From: a virus
Strand: one strand, 5' to 3'
Length of the DNA stretch: 64,000 nucleotides
IMG/VR virus record: IMGVR_UViG_3300023313_000006
Span: 1 to 64,000 of that record
Positions within the stretch are counted from its first letter, which is position 1. Every line of letters starts with the position of its first letter. The notes beneath the pieces are model-generated. The model did not search any database and was not told where the DNA came from. It saw only the letters and a program-made list of their open reading frames with translations. Below are positions 36,601 to 45,778 of this stretch, piece after piece. A program made the position numbers and the translations under genes.

Positions 36601-36936
36601 ATGAAAGAATTGAATCGCAGAGCAACAGATCATATTGAATTGAAAAGAAAAACGGATGATGTCGTTTCCAGACATGAGTTTGACATTCTAACGGGAATGG
36701 TTCAAGATCATCACAAACGCTTGAGAGAAATGGAAAAGTTTGTTGAAATGTCACCAGACACCGCCGAACACCACGACGATCACATTTTCGTTCAACAATC
36801 AAGAGAAAAGATGAAAGTGTTTACTAATTCAATGCTCGATAATGCCGGTCGATTAGCATTTCTGATTTTGACGACTGGTTTTTTTGGTTGGATCATTTTC
36901 AAAACCGGAATCATCAAAATTGCAGGTGGAAGTTAA
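36601..36936 (+). CDS. putative holin/antiholin-like membrane protein
   Basis: RRATD/RKTDD motifs and a C-terminal TM helix; upstream of the amidase. Confidence 0.55.
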   Translation: MKELNRRATDHIELKRKTDDVVSRHEFDILTGMVQDHHKRLREMEKFVEMSPDTAEHHDDHIFVQQSREKMKVFTNSMLDNAGRLAFLILTTGFFGWIIFKTGIIKIAGGS

Positions 36937-36937
36937 T

Positions 36938-37330
36938 ATGCCTTTGATCGAACAAATCACTCTGACCGTGCTAAATCTAATGGTGGCATTGGTCATGCTG
37001 ACCACCATTTCTGAAACTTTGGAATTCCGTCGCTTGTCCAAAGAAAATACAGTCATGGAAAAATTGAAAGGTGTCGCGTTACTTCACTTCCAAGATCACG
37101 CGATTGCTGTTTTCCTTTCGTATCTTGGTTCGTGGGTCGGCTTAATTGCTTCACTCTATTCAATTGTAGCAATTAACATTTTTGGTTCAAGCGATCTATT
37201 CAATCAATACGCGGGGATGTGTATTGCTATAACATTGGCGTCGATTTCCCGCTGGCTATTTTTGCGTCACATGATTGCCGAAGAAACGCCGGGTCATCCA
37301 TTCTACATCATGGAACACCGAGAGAAATGA
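36938..37330 (+). CDS. three-TM membrane protein, holin candidate
   Basis: Three hydrophobic segments; stop overlaps the amidase start. Confidence 0.55.
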   Translation: MPLIEQITLTVLNLMVALVMLTTISETLEFRRLSKENTVMEKLKGVALLHFQDHAIAVFLSYLGSWVGLIASLYSIVAINIFGSSDLFNQYAGMCIAITLASISRWLFLRHMIAEETPGHPFYIMEHREK

Positions 37331-37881
37331 AAATTGCCGTTTGTGCTGGTCATCACGAAGCCGCTCAAGGAGCGGTCAATGCCAAACACAAAATTTCTGA
37401 ACATGAAGCAGCAACACCAATCGTCGAATTTTTGGCCAAAGAACTCAAAAATTTCGGACACGAAGCTGCTATTTTTCATGGAAGATTAAAAGAAAAAGTT
37501 AGAGCGATCAATGAAGGACATTTCGACTTAGCAATCGACCTTCATTTCAACGCTTCACCGAACAAGAAGGCTAAGGGTTGTATGGTGATGTACTACCCGA
37601 CTTCTACCACCCGTAAACAGCAAGCCGACAAAATGAGCAAAACTATCGCCGATGGATTGGGACAAGACGATCTCGGTGGTCGGCCTGCTTGGTATTGGGG
37701 TGGTTCTAATCCGGGGACAAAACCAGACTATTTTACCGATAAAACAAATTGTCCCGCATTCATCCCAGAACCGGGTTTTATCGATCAAGACGATTTTGTC
37801 GAACAATATCTACTAGATGAAAACGGTTACAAACGAATCGCTAAAGTTGTCGCTGCTGCTCTAAACGATTTCAAAATTTAA
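37327..37881 (+). CDS. N-acetylmuramoyl-L-alanine amidase (Amidase_3) endolysin
   Basis: IAVCAGH...GA...E, IDLHFNA, PAFIPEPGFID zinc-amidase motifs. Confidence 0.88.
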   Translation: MKIAVCAGHHEAAQGAVNAKHKISEHEAATPIVEFLAKELKNFGHEAAIFHGRLKEKVRAINEGHFDLAIDLHFNASPNKKAKGCMVMYYPTSTTRKQQADKMSKTIADGLGQDDLGGRPAWYWGGSNPGTKPDYFTDKTNCPAFIPEPGFIDQDDFVEQYLLDENGYKRIAKVVAAALNDFKI

Positions 37882-37882
37882 T

Positions 37883-37890
37883 GCTAAATA
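37883..37890 (+). promoter_or_regulatory. late promoter GCTAAATA
   Basis: Intergenic; followed by a palindrome and SD GAGGTG. Confidence 0.6.
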
Positions 37891-37944
37891 AAATTGATGA
37901 TTTGAACAAATCATCAAAAAACATGAATTTTGAGGTGTGGAAAC

Positions 37945-38382
37945 ATGAAGATTGCTCTTTTTGAGCCTAATTGGGACAGCTTTTCGAGCAGACTAATCGC
38001 AAAAACGACTAAAACCCCTTGGTCACACGCGGCAGTTGAAATCGACGGGCAATGGTACGACGCATCCGAAACTCGTGGTGATTTCAACAAAGTTGACATC
38101 AACAAAACAATGAAAGGGCGCTTGGCTCACGTTTGGCGAATTGGAAACAGAAAGAAAGTTCGCAAAATGATCGAAGAAAATCTTGGCAGCGAATATGACT
38201 ATAAAGGCATCTACAAATACTTCTTCAAAAAAGGTGTCGATCGAAGATTCTATTGCTTTGAAGCAGCAATGGTTCTTGCTCTAGCAGTAAAGGAACCAGA
38301 ATATGAACCAAAACTCAAAAACGTCACCGGCAAAGACATAGTTAATTTGCTTGGTGTACCGAATGAAATAAAGACGTTCTAG
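37945..38382 (+). CDS. permuted papain-like (YiiX/YebB NlpC/P60) enzyme
   Basis: WSHAAV precedes G..YDY...FYCFE (His before Cys). Confidence 0.8.
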   Translation: MKIALFEPNWDSFSSRLIAKTTKTPWSHAAVEIDGQWYDASETRGDFNKVDINKTMKGRLAHVWRIGNRKKVRKMIEENLGSEYDYKGIYKYFFKKGVDRRFYCFEAAMVLALAVKEPEYEPKLKNVTGKDIVNLLGVPNEIKTF

Positions 38383-38386
38383 TGGT

Positions 38387-38716
38387 GTGTCGATTCAAAG
38401 AATTGATGTTGCTCCAAACGCACAAACGACAGTACCGATCGGGTCACTCGGAGCAACAAAAACACTTTCATATAGGTTAGAAATAGAATCGAGCACACTA
38501 ATCGCTGCTTATGATATTCATATCATCAACGATTCAAACGGGCTTGGTCATTTCGAGACGAATGGAATGGGAGACACAATCTCTCATTCCATCGATTTTT
38601 CTATCGATGCCAATATGATTGTGTCCGTCATAATAAATAACAACGAAATCAACAAAACAACGTTTACATTCATCGAGTTGTTAAACAAAGGACTATCAAA
38701 TTGCGTATATTTGTAA
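38387..38716 (+). CDS. hypothetical beta-rich virion protein
   Basis: Operon context; resembles the C-terminal domain of 38915. Confidence 0.55.
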   Translation: MSIQRIDVAPNAQTTVPIGSLGATKTLSYRLEIESSTLIAAYDIHIINDSNGLGHFETNGMGDTISHSIDFSIDANMIVSVIINNNEINKTTFTFIELLNKGLSNCVYL

Positions 38717-38898
38717 AATCGATCGGATTAGCAGCATATATCAAGATGAATGGACACGATTTGCTAAATATCACTGACGGGAAATTCGTATTTGATTCTG
38801 ACATTTCCGTTCACGAATGGAACATCAAGTACGCAAACTCATGTTGTTCTAAGCACGATTCTGAAGTCTGTAATATGCGACGTTTAATTAAACAATAA
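38701..38898 (+). CDS. small protein (DUF5659-like)
   Basis: SD AAGGA, TTG start; SIGLAAYIKM...FVF pattern. Confidence 0.6.
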   Translation: MRIFVKSIGLAAYIKMNGHDLLNITDGKFVFDSDISVHEWNIKYANSCCSKHDSEVCNMRRLIKQ

Positions 38899-38914
38899 TT
38901 CAGGAGAAAAATAG

Positions 38915-40321
38915 ATGGCTCTACGCTTAACACAAGTCGGTAACAAGCACGGTTTTTCTGATGGCAACATTCACTATCTTTCTGGAGCAACAACTCCGGG
39001 TGGTGATGCTAGCTTTCAGGACGCCGCGCCTATCGGCTCAAAATATACTCACACAACTGCTGGCGACACCTATGTCAAAATCAGCACTGCCAACAACAGC
39101 ATTCTTGACTGGGAAATTGTACCTACGGATGCTCGCGTTGCTGCTCTCGAAGCATCAACATCAACCAACGCAACAAATCTAGCAAACGAAATTTCTCGTG
39201 CGCAGGCAGCCGAAGCAGCTAATTCTGCTCTAATCGGCACACAGGTTGCTGGTAACTACTATCTAGCAACAGACGACATGGCAACAGCCGTAAATAAAGT
39301 TGACGCACAGGTCTCAACCAATGCTGCTGCTATTTCTTCAAATACTACCGCTGCTGCCAACGCACAGACAACCGCTGACACTGCTCTTGCTAATGCTGCT
39401 ACCGCTCAAGCAACAGCAGACGCAGCCATTCCACTAGCACAAAAAGCTGCTGTTAATGGTGTTGCTTCTCTTGACGCAACTGGCGTCATCCCAACAAGCC
39501 AGATTCCGGCTCTTGCTATTCAGACAGTAACAACAGTCGCATCACAGGCTGCTATGCTCGCTCTGAATGCTCAATCTGGCGACGTTGCTATTCGTAGCGA
39601 CCTTACCGCTGCTGCTGGTAATGTGTTTATGCACAATGGTGGCACAACCGGCACTATTTCTGACTGGACACAGATTGACGCTGGTGGTTATGCTGTTTCT
39701 AGCGTAAACGGCCAAACTGGCACAATCGTTCTAGGTTTCGCTGACGTTGGCGCAGATGCCGCTGGTTCTGCTGCTGCTGTTCAAACCAACCTAGACGCAG
39801 AAGTTGCTCGTGCGCAAGCCGCCGAAACAGCAAACAGCACTGCTATCGGCAGCCGCGTTGCTGGTACTTATTATCTGGCAACAGATTCTCTAGCTGCTGC
39901 CGATGCTAAGCTAGATGCTGCTATTGCCGCTAACGCAGCCGCAATCGCAACAAACACAACCGATATTGCTACCAACGCAGCCGCAATCGCCACACTACAG
40001 AGCAACACTTCTGGTTATGTTACCGCTTCTTATACAGCAGTTACTAACCAAGTTGCCGATTCCGTGCCTGCTGCTGGAACACACCGTATCGAATGGGACA
40101 TCGCTGTTACAGACAACGGTGTTCGTGGTAACATGGAAACTCTCAAGATTTCCGCTGCTTACGACGGCACAATCGTTGACTATGACGAAGATGATGTACT
40201 ATCATTCGGTGCTCCAATTCCCGGCCTAACCTACAGCGTGGCCGTCAATGCTGGTAACATCGAACTAACAGTTTCGGCAACTGGCGCAGTTGATATTTCA
40301 ATTGTTCGTCGCTCTTACTAA
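38915..40321 (+). CDS. Ala-rich segmented coiled-coil fibre (fibritin/whisker-like)
   Basis: SD AGGAG; duplicated E..RAQAAE.ANS..IG..VAG.YYLATD segment; own terminator. Confidence 0.75.
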   Translation: MALRLTQVGNKHGFSDGNIHYLSGATTPGGDASFQDAAPIGSKYTHTTAGDTYVKISTANNSILDWEIVPTDARVAALEASTSTNATNLANEISRAQAAEAANSALIGTQVAGNYYLATDDMATAVNKVDAQVSTNAAAISSNTTAAANAQTTADTALANAATAQATADAAIPLAQKAAVNGVASLDATGVIPTSQIPALAIQTVTTVASQAAMLALNAQSGDVAIRSDLTAAAGNVFMHNGGTTGTISDWTQIDAGGYAVSSVNGQTGTIVLGFADVGADAAGSAAAVQTNLDAEVARAQAAETANSTAIGSRVAGTYYLATDSLAAADAKLDAAIAANAAAIATNTTDIATNAAAIATLQSNTSGYVTASYTAVTNQVADSVPAAGTHRIEWDIAVTDNGVRGNMETLKISAAYDGTIVDYDEDDVLSFGAPIPGLTYSVAVNAGNIELTVSATGAVDISIVRRSY

Positions 40322-40348
40322 TAGAGAACCGAAACTACAATAAATAAA

Positions 40349-40377
40349 GGGGTGGGTGCGAAAGCATCCACCCTTTT
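40349..40377 (+). terminator. intrinsic terminator with GAAA tetraloop
   Basis: GGGTGGGTGC-GAAA-GCATCCACCC-TTTT. Confidence 0.85.
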
Positions 40378-40395
40378 CATTTTGGAGAGATAAAA

Positions 40396-40731
40396 GTGGC
40401 AGTAACACTATCAACAAAAGGACTACATCGCTACCCCACCGGTGTTGCTTTCGGTGGGAAAAGAGAAGTTGCTATTTTTAGAAGCGATGGACCACCAATC
40501 GGAAAAGATGACGGTTCTGTTCCACAAGGATCAATAGCACTAGATTATGTCACGCCCGCCATTTGGCAAAAGAAAAGCAATGTCGCAACCGATTGGGTTG
40601 AAATCGGCAATTCGCCTAGCACAACAAATCCAATCGGTCTTGAAACAATTTCAGCATTAAATCCAGCGACGGGCTTAATAGAATCGGTTTATGATGATAA
40701 AGATATTTTGGTTGGTTTGCTGCCTAAATAG
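40396..40731 (+). CDS. small virion protein
   Basis: SD GGAG, GTG start; G.P...GS...W.K....DW motif shared with the N-terminus of 38915. Confidence 0.6.
   Translation: MAVTLSTKGLHRYPTGVAFGGKREVAIFRSDGPPIGKDDGSVPQGSIALDYVTPAIWQKKSNVATDWVEIGNSPSTTNPIGLETISALNPATGLIESVYDDKDILVGLLPK
40723..40730 (+). promoter_or_regulatory. late promoter CCTAAATA with SD leader
   Basis: Followed by AAGGAG and ATG 40750. Confidence 0.6.
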
Positions 40732-40749
40732 TCAAAAGGAGTTTGTTTT

Positions 40750-43590
40750 ATGATTCACGGTGAATTGAGAGGGCAAAACGTCCACGTTCCATATTCGTTT
40801 GAGTTTGCTAATTTGGCTGCCAGAGACGCAGCAACGGGTTTCGTTGTAGCGGACGAAGGGAAGTTTTGCCGTGTTCTCGACACAAACACAATCTACATGC
40901 TTGCTTCTTCTGCTCCTGTTACATGGGTTTCGATTGCGTCCAATTCATCGACTGGTTCTACAAGTGTTATTTCTTCTGGTGCTACGTTCCCAACAGCTCC
41001 GGTTAGTTGGGAATTGTTTTATAGAACAGATTTAGATAACGTTTTTGTTTGGAACCCATTATCGTCTGCTTGGGTTGACGTAACAGCAGCAAACGTGTCT
41101 GGCGATATGTTCAAGGCAACGTATGATCCAAACAACGTTTCTGGTGATACTTTTGCTATGGACAACATGACACAAGGAACGGTCAATTTCTTTGTGTCTG
41201 CTACAGAAAAAGCAAAAATCGCTGGTTCCGAACAAGTTGCGAACAAGGGTGTTGCTGGTGGTTATCCGTCACTGGACGCGAATGGTGAAGTTGCTCAACT
41301 TCCTGCTGGTGCTTCGGCTGCTGCCGTTGGTACGTTTTTGAGACAGGATGGCCAATGGGTCAACGTATCTAGTGGGACAAGTTCTGGAATTCCCAATTTC
41401 ACTCAAGCACAAATCAACGCACTAACGCCAGTTGACGGTCAAGTTGTTTATAATTCGTCAACAAGTGCGCTACAATTTTACTCCGCTTCTAAGGGTGCGT
41501 GGATCGTTGTCCCAAGCACAATCAAAAAAACACAAATCGTCACAAGCAATCTTGTGTTAGACAGTGCTTTTCACCAGCACATATCTGTTAGCGCATCAAC
41601 TTCACCAATCACAATCACCGTTCCCGATCCAGCATCAAACGCCGGTGTCGAATTTTCAATCACAGCAATTGATTTGACGAACACGATCACCGTTAGCATT
41701 CAGAATGGGTTGCTAGACGGCGTGAATGTTTTTTCGTTTGTATCACCATATGATTCGATCACGATTGTTTCAAACGGCAATCAGTGGGTCACGACAAGTT
41801 CAAACATCAAAGATTTAGATGTTTCGTCTGCTCCGGTCGATCTAACTAGAGTTTATGATATGATTCGCCAAAACATCTACAATACTGGTATCAACACGTT
41901 TAGGCTAATGGCAAGCACGTCATTGAACACAACTACTATTTCTGGTGGATTTGTTGACGATTATGTGACGACGAACTATATCGACAATGTTGTGTCGTCC
42001 TATGGTTACAATCCCGGCAATTCGTTTTTGACGAACGGCAACCAAGACCCGATTTTTCACAACGCGACAGTTTTTGAACCGACCGTCCCAACACAACACA
42101 ACTTCGCTAATGTTCAACCAAACGAAATCATGGGCGCATCGTTTGTTATTCATGGGACGAAAGTAATCACAAACATCAAAATTCCAATTTTCAATTGGTC
42201 CACCGCGACAAATGTGTGGTCATCTACTGGAACAGGAACGTTAGATTTCTTCATTTGTGCTATGCCGGCTGGAATGAGCATTGGTGCTGCTACAGATAAG
42301 CCGCTTCATGCTTACGCTTCTGACCCAGCAAATCACTTGTTTTCAAAAACATTCACAGAAGGCGAATTGATCAATTTGTTGTCTGACAGACAATCATTCA
42401 ACTTCACTGGTTTGAATTGGCTTGATGTGCCGGTCGCTTTGCCGTTCATTCTTAGAGACGGCGAGTATTTCTGGGGAGTTAGAGACAACGGGCTACCGGC
42501 TCAATCTGGCGCAGCCGTAGGTATAGGTTATTATCTACAATCAAGCGGATATGAAGTTGGGCACTTGCTACAAATCTTCCCGTTGACGACTCTAAACAAC
42601 ACCTTTTCAGCACCGTCAATCATTTCTTGCCAAACGACAACGTCACCATCTGTTCTTGACGACAACCCATTGAAAACGTTGAATTCTACCGTCGCTATTG
42701 GCATTCGCGATGTAACGTATGATGGAGAAATTGGTATCACATTCAGAGTGTCCGACTATTGTACGGTCGATTCGGTCGAATTGCCACTATGCGCTACATG
42801 GAATCATCCGGTTCCAAATTCCGCTAGTGCTGGTGGATTGCGCATAGCCATTCAACAAGTCGAGTATGGTTCAATGGCAGCGGGAACGGCTGTTGCTTAT
42901 GCTTATTCGTCCGCATCGAGAACAGCAACAAACATTGTTGAAAAAACGTTGACTGGCGTTGATTTTGGTAACATCTTCTCGACAACGTTAATGTTCCCAT
43001 CCGTTTCTTTGGCAGCATCGCACTTTCAAACCGGTGGTCAAATGTTCGTGGTGAATTTCACTCCATCTGTTCTAGCGCCCGGTGAATATGTCATCACGAT
43101 TGACACAAGAACAAATCCGTTCACCGCTGGTGAATTTGTTGAATTGATTGCTAGTAACGACCCCTCCCAATCAGCAACATTGTCAAAAATGTTGAGAATT
43201 GGAACAGGCAACACTTTACAAAAGACAGAACACCCAATTTTCCGTGTTATTGGTTCATGGGACGGCGGAACAAGCAACGTTGTCGTCGAAAGCACAGCAC
43301 AAACAGCAGCAACAGCACCGACGGAAATCTATGCTTCATTCGTCATTGACGATTATATCGACATCATCAATGATATTGCGGTTAGTGTTAGTCGAGATAA
43401 TGGCACAACATGGACGCGAATTAACAATTTGTCGGCAGTGAACAACAACGCTTCTATTGCTGGAACAAAAATCATCAATGGTTTCGCTAGTGTGACATCA
43501 CAACCAACGGGAACGCAAATTCGCTACAAGTTTGAATCGTTTAACGGCGCAGCCGTAAAAATTCATGCTTCTAGCGTACAGTGGAACTAA
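40750..43590 (+). CDS. large mosaic fibre/adhesin protein
   Basis: Multiple fibre modules (AARDA, FPTAP..W, DMFKATYD, GYPSLDANG), two tandem beta-sandwich domains, SRDNGTTW. Confidence 0.78.
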   Translation: MIHGELRGQNVHVPYSFEFANLAARDAATGFVVADEGKFCRVLDTNTIYMLASSAPVTWVSIASNSSTGSTSVISSGATFPTAPVSWELFYRTDLDNVFVWNPLSSAWVDVTAANVSGDMFKATYDPNNVSGDTFAMDNMTQGTVNFFVSATEKAKIAGSEQVANKGVAGGYPSLDANGEVAQLPAGASAAAVGTFLRQDGQWVNVSSGTSSGIPNFTQAQINALTPVDGQVVYNSSTSALQFYSASKGAWIVVPSTIKKTQIVTSNLVLDSAFHQHISVSASTSPITITVPDPASNAGVEFSITAIDLTNTITVSIQNGLLDGVNVFSFVSPYDSITIVSNGNQWVTTSSNIKDLDVSSAPVDLTRVYDMIRQNIYNTGINTFRLMASTSLNTTTISGGFVDDYVTTNYIDNVVSSYGYNPGNSFLTNGNQDPIFHNATVFEPTVPTQHNFANVQPNEIMGASFVIHGTKVITNIKIPIFNWSTATNVWSSTGTGTLDFFICAMPAGMSIGAATDKPLHAYASDPANHLFSKTFTEGELINLLSDRQSFNFTGLNWLDVPVALPFILRDGEYFWGVRDNGLPAQSGAAVGIGYYLQSSGYEVGHLLQIFPLTTLNNTFSAPSIISCQTTTSPSVLDDNPLKTLNSTVAIGIRDVTYDGEIGITFRVSDYCTVDSVELPLCATWNHPVPNSASAGGLRIAIQQVEYGSMAAGTAVAYAYSSASRTATNIVEKTLTGVDFGNIFSTTLMFPSVSLAASHFQTGGQMFVVNFTPSVLAPGEYVITIDTRTNPFTAGEFVELIASNDPSQSATLSKMLRIGTGNTLQKTEHPIFRVIGSWDGGTSNVVVESTAQTAATAPTEIYASFVIDDYIDIINDIAVSVSRDNGTTWTRINNLSAVNNNASIAGTKIINGFASVTSQPTGTQIRYKFESFNGAAVKIHASSVQWN

Positions 43591-43878
43591 ATGGCTTTTC
43601 CGTTAAACGCAACTGACGGCGATTTATACACAAACCCAAGCACGGGACAGACGTTTGTTTATAATGCCGGTGCGTGGATGTTGTATGTTCAGCAACCAAA
43701 CACAACGACCATCGACGCACCAGTTGTAAGTTCTTCACCAAACATGACAATAGTCGCAGGAGAACAAACAGGTTTGCCTTATATTTCCGTCAACGGGACA
43801 AATGAACGATTGATTTTGAAAAGTGAACTAGACGGAACGAAATATGATACAGTTGAAATCAACGCAGGATATTTTTAG
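43591..43878 (+). CDS. small virion protein
   Basis: FP....GD.Y.....F.Y..GAW motif; ends INAGYF. Confidence 0.65.
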   Translation: MAFPLNATDGDLYTNPSTGQTFVYNAGAWMLYVQQPNTTTIDAPVVSSSPNMTIVAGEQTGLPYISVNGTNERLILKSELDGTKYDTVEINAGYF

Positions 43879-43887
43879 GAGAACAAA

Positions 43888-44679
43888 ATGGCAATTCATC
43901 CGAATACAATTAGAATCAAAAGATCAGCAACAACAGCCACGCCTCCGCTTCTAGCGGAGGGAGAACTCGCCTATTCGGAGGCTAGTGGCAATCTGTTCAT
44001 CGGTACTGCTGGCGGGAACATTCAGGTTATCGGTGGCAATACTGCTATCACAAAATTGAATGGGATTGAACCCGGAGCAACCGCTGACCAGACACCAGCA
44101 GAAATCCTTGCTGCTCTACTAACAGTCGATGGTGCTGGTTCTTTGCTTGACGCAGATACGCTCGATGGTCATCAAGCAACGGATTTCGCTCTTGGCACTG
44201 ACTTAGCAAACTTCATCCCAGCTTCCGAAAAGGGTGCCGCTAATGGTGTAGCAACACTAGACGCGAATGGTCACGTTCCTACAAGCCAAATTCCTGCTTT
44301 GGCAATCACTACACCGAATGTTGTAGCGAATCAAGCAGCCATGCTTGCTTTGACAAACGTTCAGGTTGGCGATGTTGCTATTCGAACGGATTTGAACAAG
44401 TCATTTATGCTTTCTGATACCGACCCAACAGTTCTAAGCAACTGGGTTGAGATTTCGGCTTCCGGACAAGTAACGTCTGTAAATGGGCAGATTGGTGTTA
44501 TTGTTTTGACTGCTGCTGACGTAAATGCCGATGCGGCTGGTTCAAGTGCTGCTGTTCAAGCAAACTTAGACGCACATATCGCTAACACAAACGATCCACA
44601 CGGCACTTTATCGTTAATGAATTCGACGTTGGTTAGTTACATCAAAGATGGCGATGAATTAGATGGAGGTTCGTTCTAA
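43888..44679 (+). CDS. fibre protein with Mtd/hyaluronidase-like N-terminal domain
   Basis: IRIKRS....P.L.EGELAY, KLNGIEPGATADQT, LDADTLDG, QAAMLAL module, LDGGSF. Confidence 0.78.
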   Translation: MAIHPNTIRIKRSATTATPPLLAEGELAYSEASGNLFIGTAGGNIQVIGGNTAITKLNGIEPGATADQTPAEILAALLTVDGAGSLLDADTLDGHQATDFALGTDLANFIPASEKGAANGVATLDANGHVPTSQIPALAITTPNVVANQAAMLALTNVQVGDVAIRTDLNKSFMLSDTDPTVLSNWVEISASGQVTSVNGQIGVIVLTAADVNADAAGSSAAVQANLDAHIANTNDPHGTLSLMNSTLVSYIKDGDELDGGSF

Positions 44680-45264
44680 TTGGCGATCAAGCGTGTTGAT
44701 TTGACAGTCAAACGTTCTAGCGTTGCTGGAACAATTCCGTCTGTTTTGAAAAACGGAGAACTTGCGGTCAATACAGCAGACGGCAAGTTGTTTGTTGGTG
44801 ATGGAACAACAGTCATCGATTTGACCGAAATCGATCATGCCACGATTCAAGACCAAAGACCGCTTGGTGAAGATGGTGGAACTTCATTCGATAAAAAGTG
44901 GAATGTTCGGACAGTCAACACAATTGTTCATGGCGACAACATCGTTTCTCTTGTTGGCGATGATTTCAAGCTAATTCCGGGAGAATATCTAATCGAGATC
45001 ACTGCTCCAGTCGAAGAAGCGGATGAACACAAACTTAGATTATTTAACGAAACACAAGGATTTACTGTAATAGAAGGCCCAAATTTCAGGACAGAAAAGG
45101 TTGGGTTTGCTCGTTGTTGTGGGACGGTTGTATCAAATGGAACCGATTTGTTTGAAATTCAGCATTATACGAAGAAGGGCGAAGATCGACACGGGCTTGG
45201 TAAGGCGATGAAAGTTGGTTCGTTTGAAGTCTATACCGAAGTTTCAATAATCAAGGTGAAGTAA
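44680..45264 (+). CDS. fibre protein with Mtd-like N-terminus and C-terminal beta-sandwich
   Basis: VKRSS.AG..P..L..GELAVNTADGKLFVGDG; GGT...W..R.VNT...PGEY...EVY.EV.I.K. Confidence 0.75.
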   Translation: MAIKRVDLTVKRSSVAGTIPSVLKNGELAVNTADGKLFVGDGTTVIDLTEIDHATIQDQRPLGEDGGTSFDKKWNVRTVNTIVHGDNIVSLVGDDFKLIPGEYLIEITAPVEEADEHKLRLFNETQGFTVIEGPNFRTEKVGFARCCGTVVSNGTDLFEIQHYTKKGEDRHGLGKAMKVGSFEVYTEVSIIKVK

Positions 45265-45774
45265 ATGTCGGCTATTGATATTCCATTGGTGTTGAAGAAA
45301 AACTATCCAACAGCAAAGTGGGGCGGTTCTGCTGCTACTTACGATTTACTTGTCTGGAAAGACACAACAATTCCTAAACCAACTTTAGCAGAACTTCAAG
45401 CACAGTGGAACGTTATCGATCTGGAATATGCTAAAATGGATAAAATTAAAGAATTGTCCGATGCTTGCGAAGCAGAAATCCTTGGTGGGTTTCAATCATC
45501 CGCGCTCGGTACACCATATTGGTATGGTGGAACTCAAGAAGATCAACTGAATTTGATCGGTGTTGTTGCTTCTGGACAACCTTCACCGTTCTCCGTCAAG
45601 AAGAATAAGACGGACATTCAGAAAACTTACATCAATCATACTGCTGCTCAACTACAACAAGTGATGTATGACGGCAAAATGTTCAAGCTACAACTACTAC
45701 AAAAATTCAATAATTTGAAAGATCAAGTTCTGGCTGCGACTGACATTCAGACAGTTCAGTCTTTCGTGTGGTGA
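45265..45774 (+). CDS. tail fibre assembly protein (XkdW-like + DUF4376-like)
   Basis: PKPTLAEL; KI.ELS.AC...I..GF.S.ALG..Y.Y...DQ.NL...HTA.Q..QV. Confidence 0.78.
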   Translation: MSAIDIPLVLKKNYPTAKWGGSAATYDLLVWKDTTIPKPTLAELQAQWNVIDLEYAKMDKIKELSDACEAEILGGFQSSALGTPYWYGGTQEDQLNLIGVVASGQPSPFSVKKNKTDIQKTYINHTAAQLQQVMYDGKMFKLQLLQKFNNLKDQVLAATDIQTVQSFVW

Positions 45775-45778
45775 TCTA

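Noticed and set aside
43888-45264. Mtd-like N-termini suggesting a diversity-generating retroelement
   Set aside because: Only the N-terminal assembly domain is present; no near-identical TR/VR pair or RT seen in this window.
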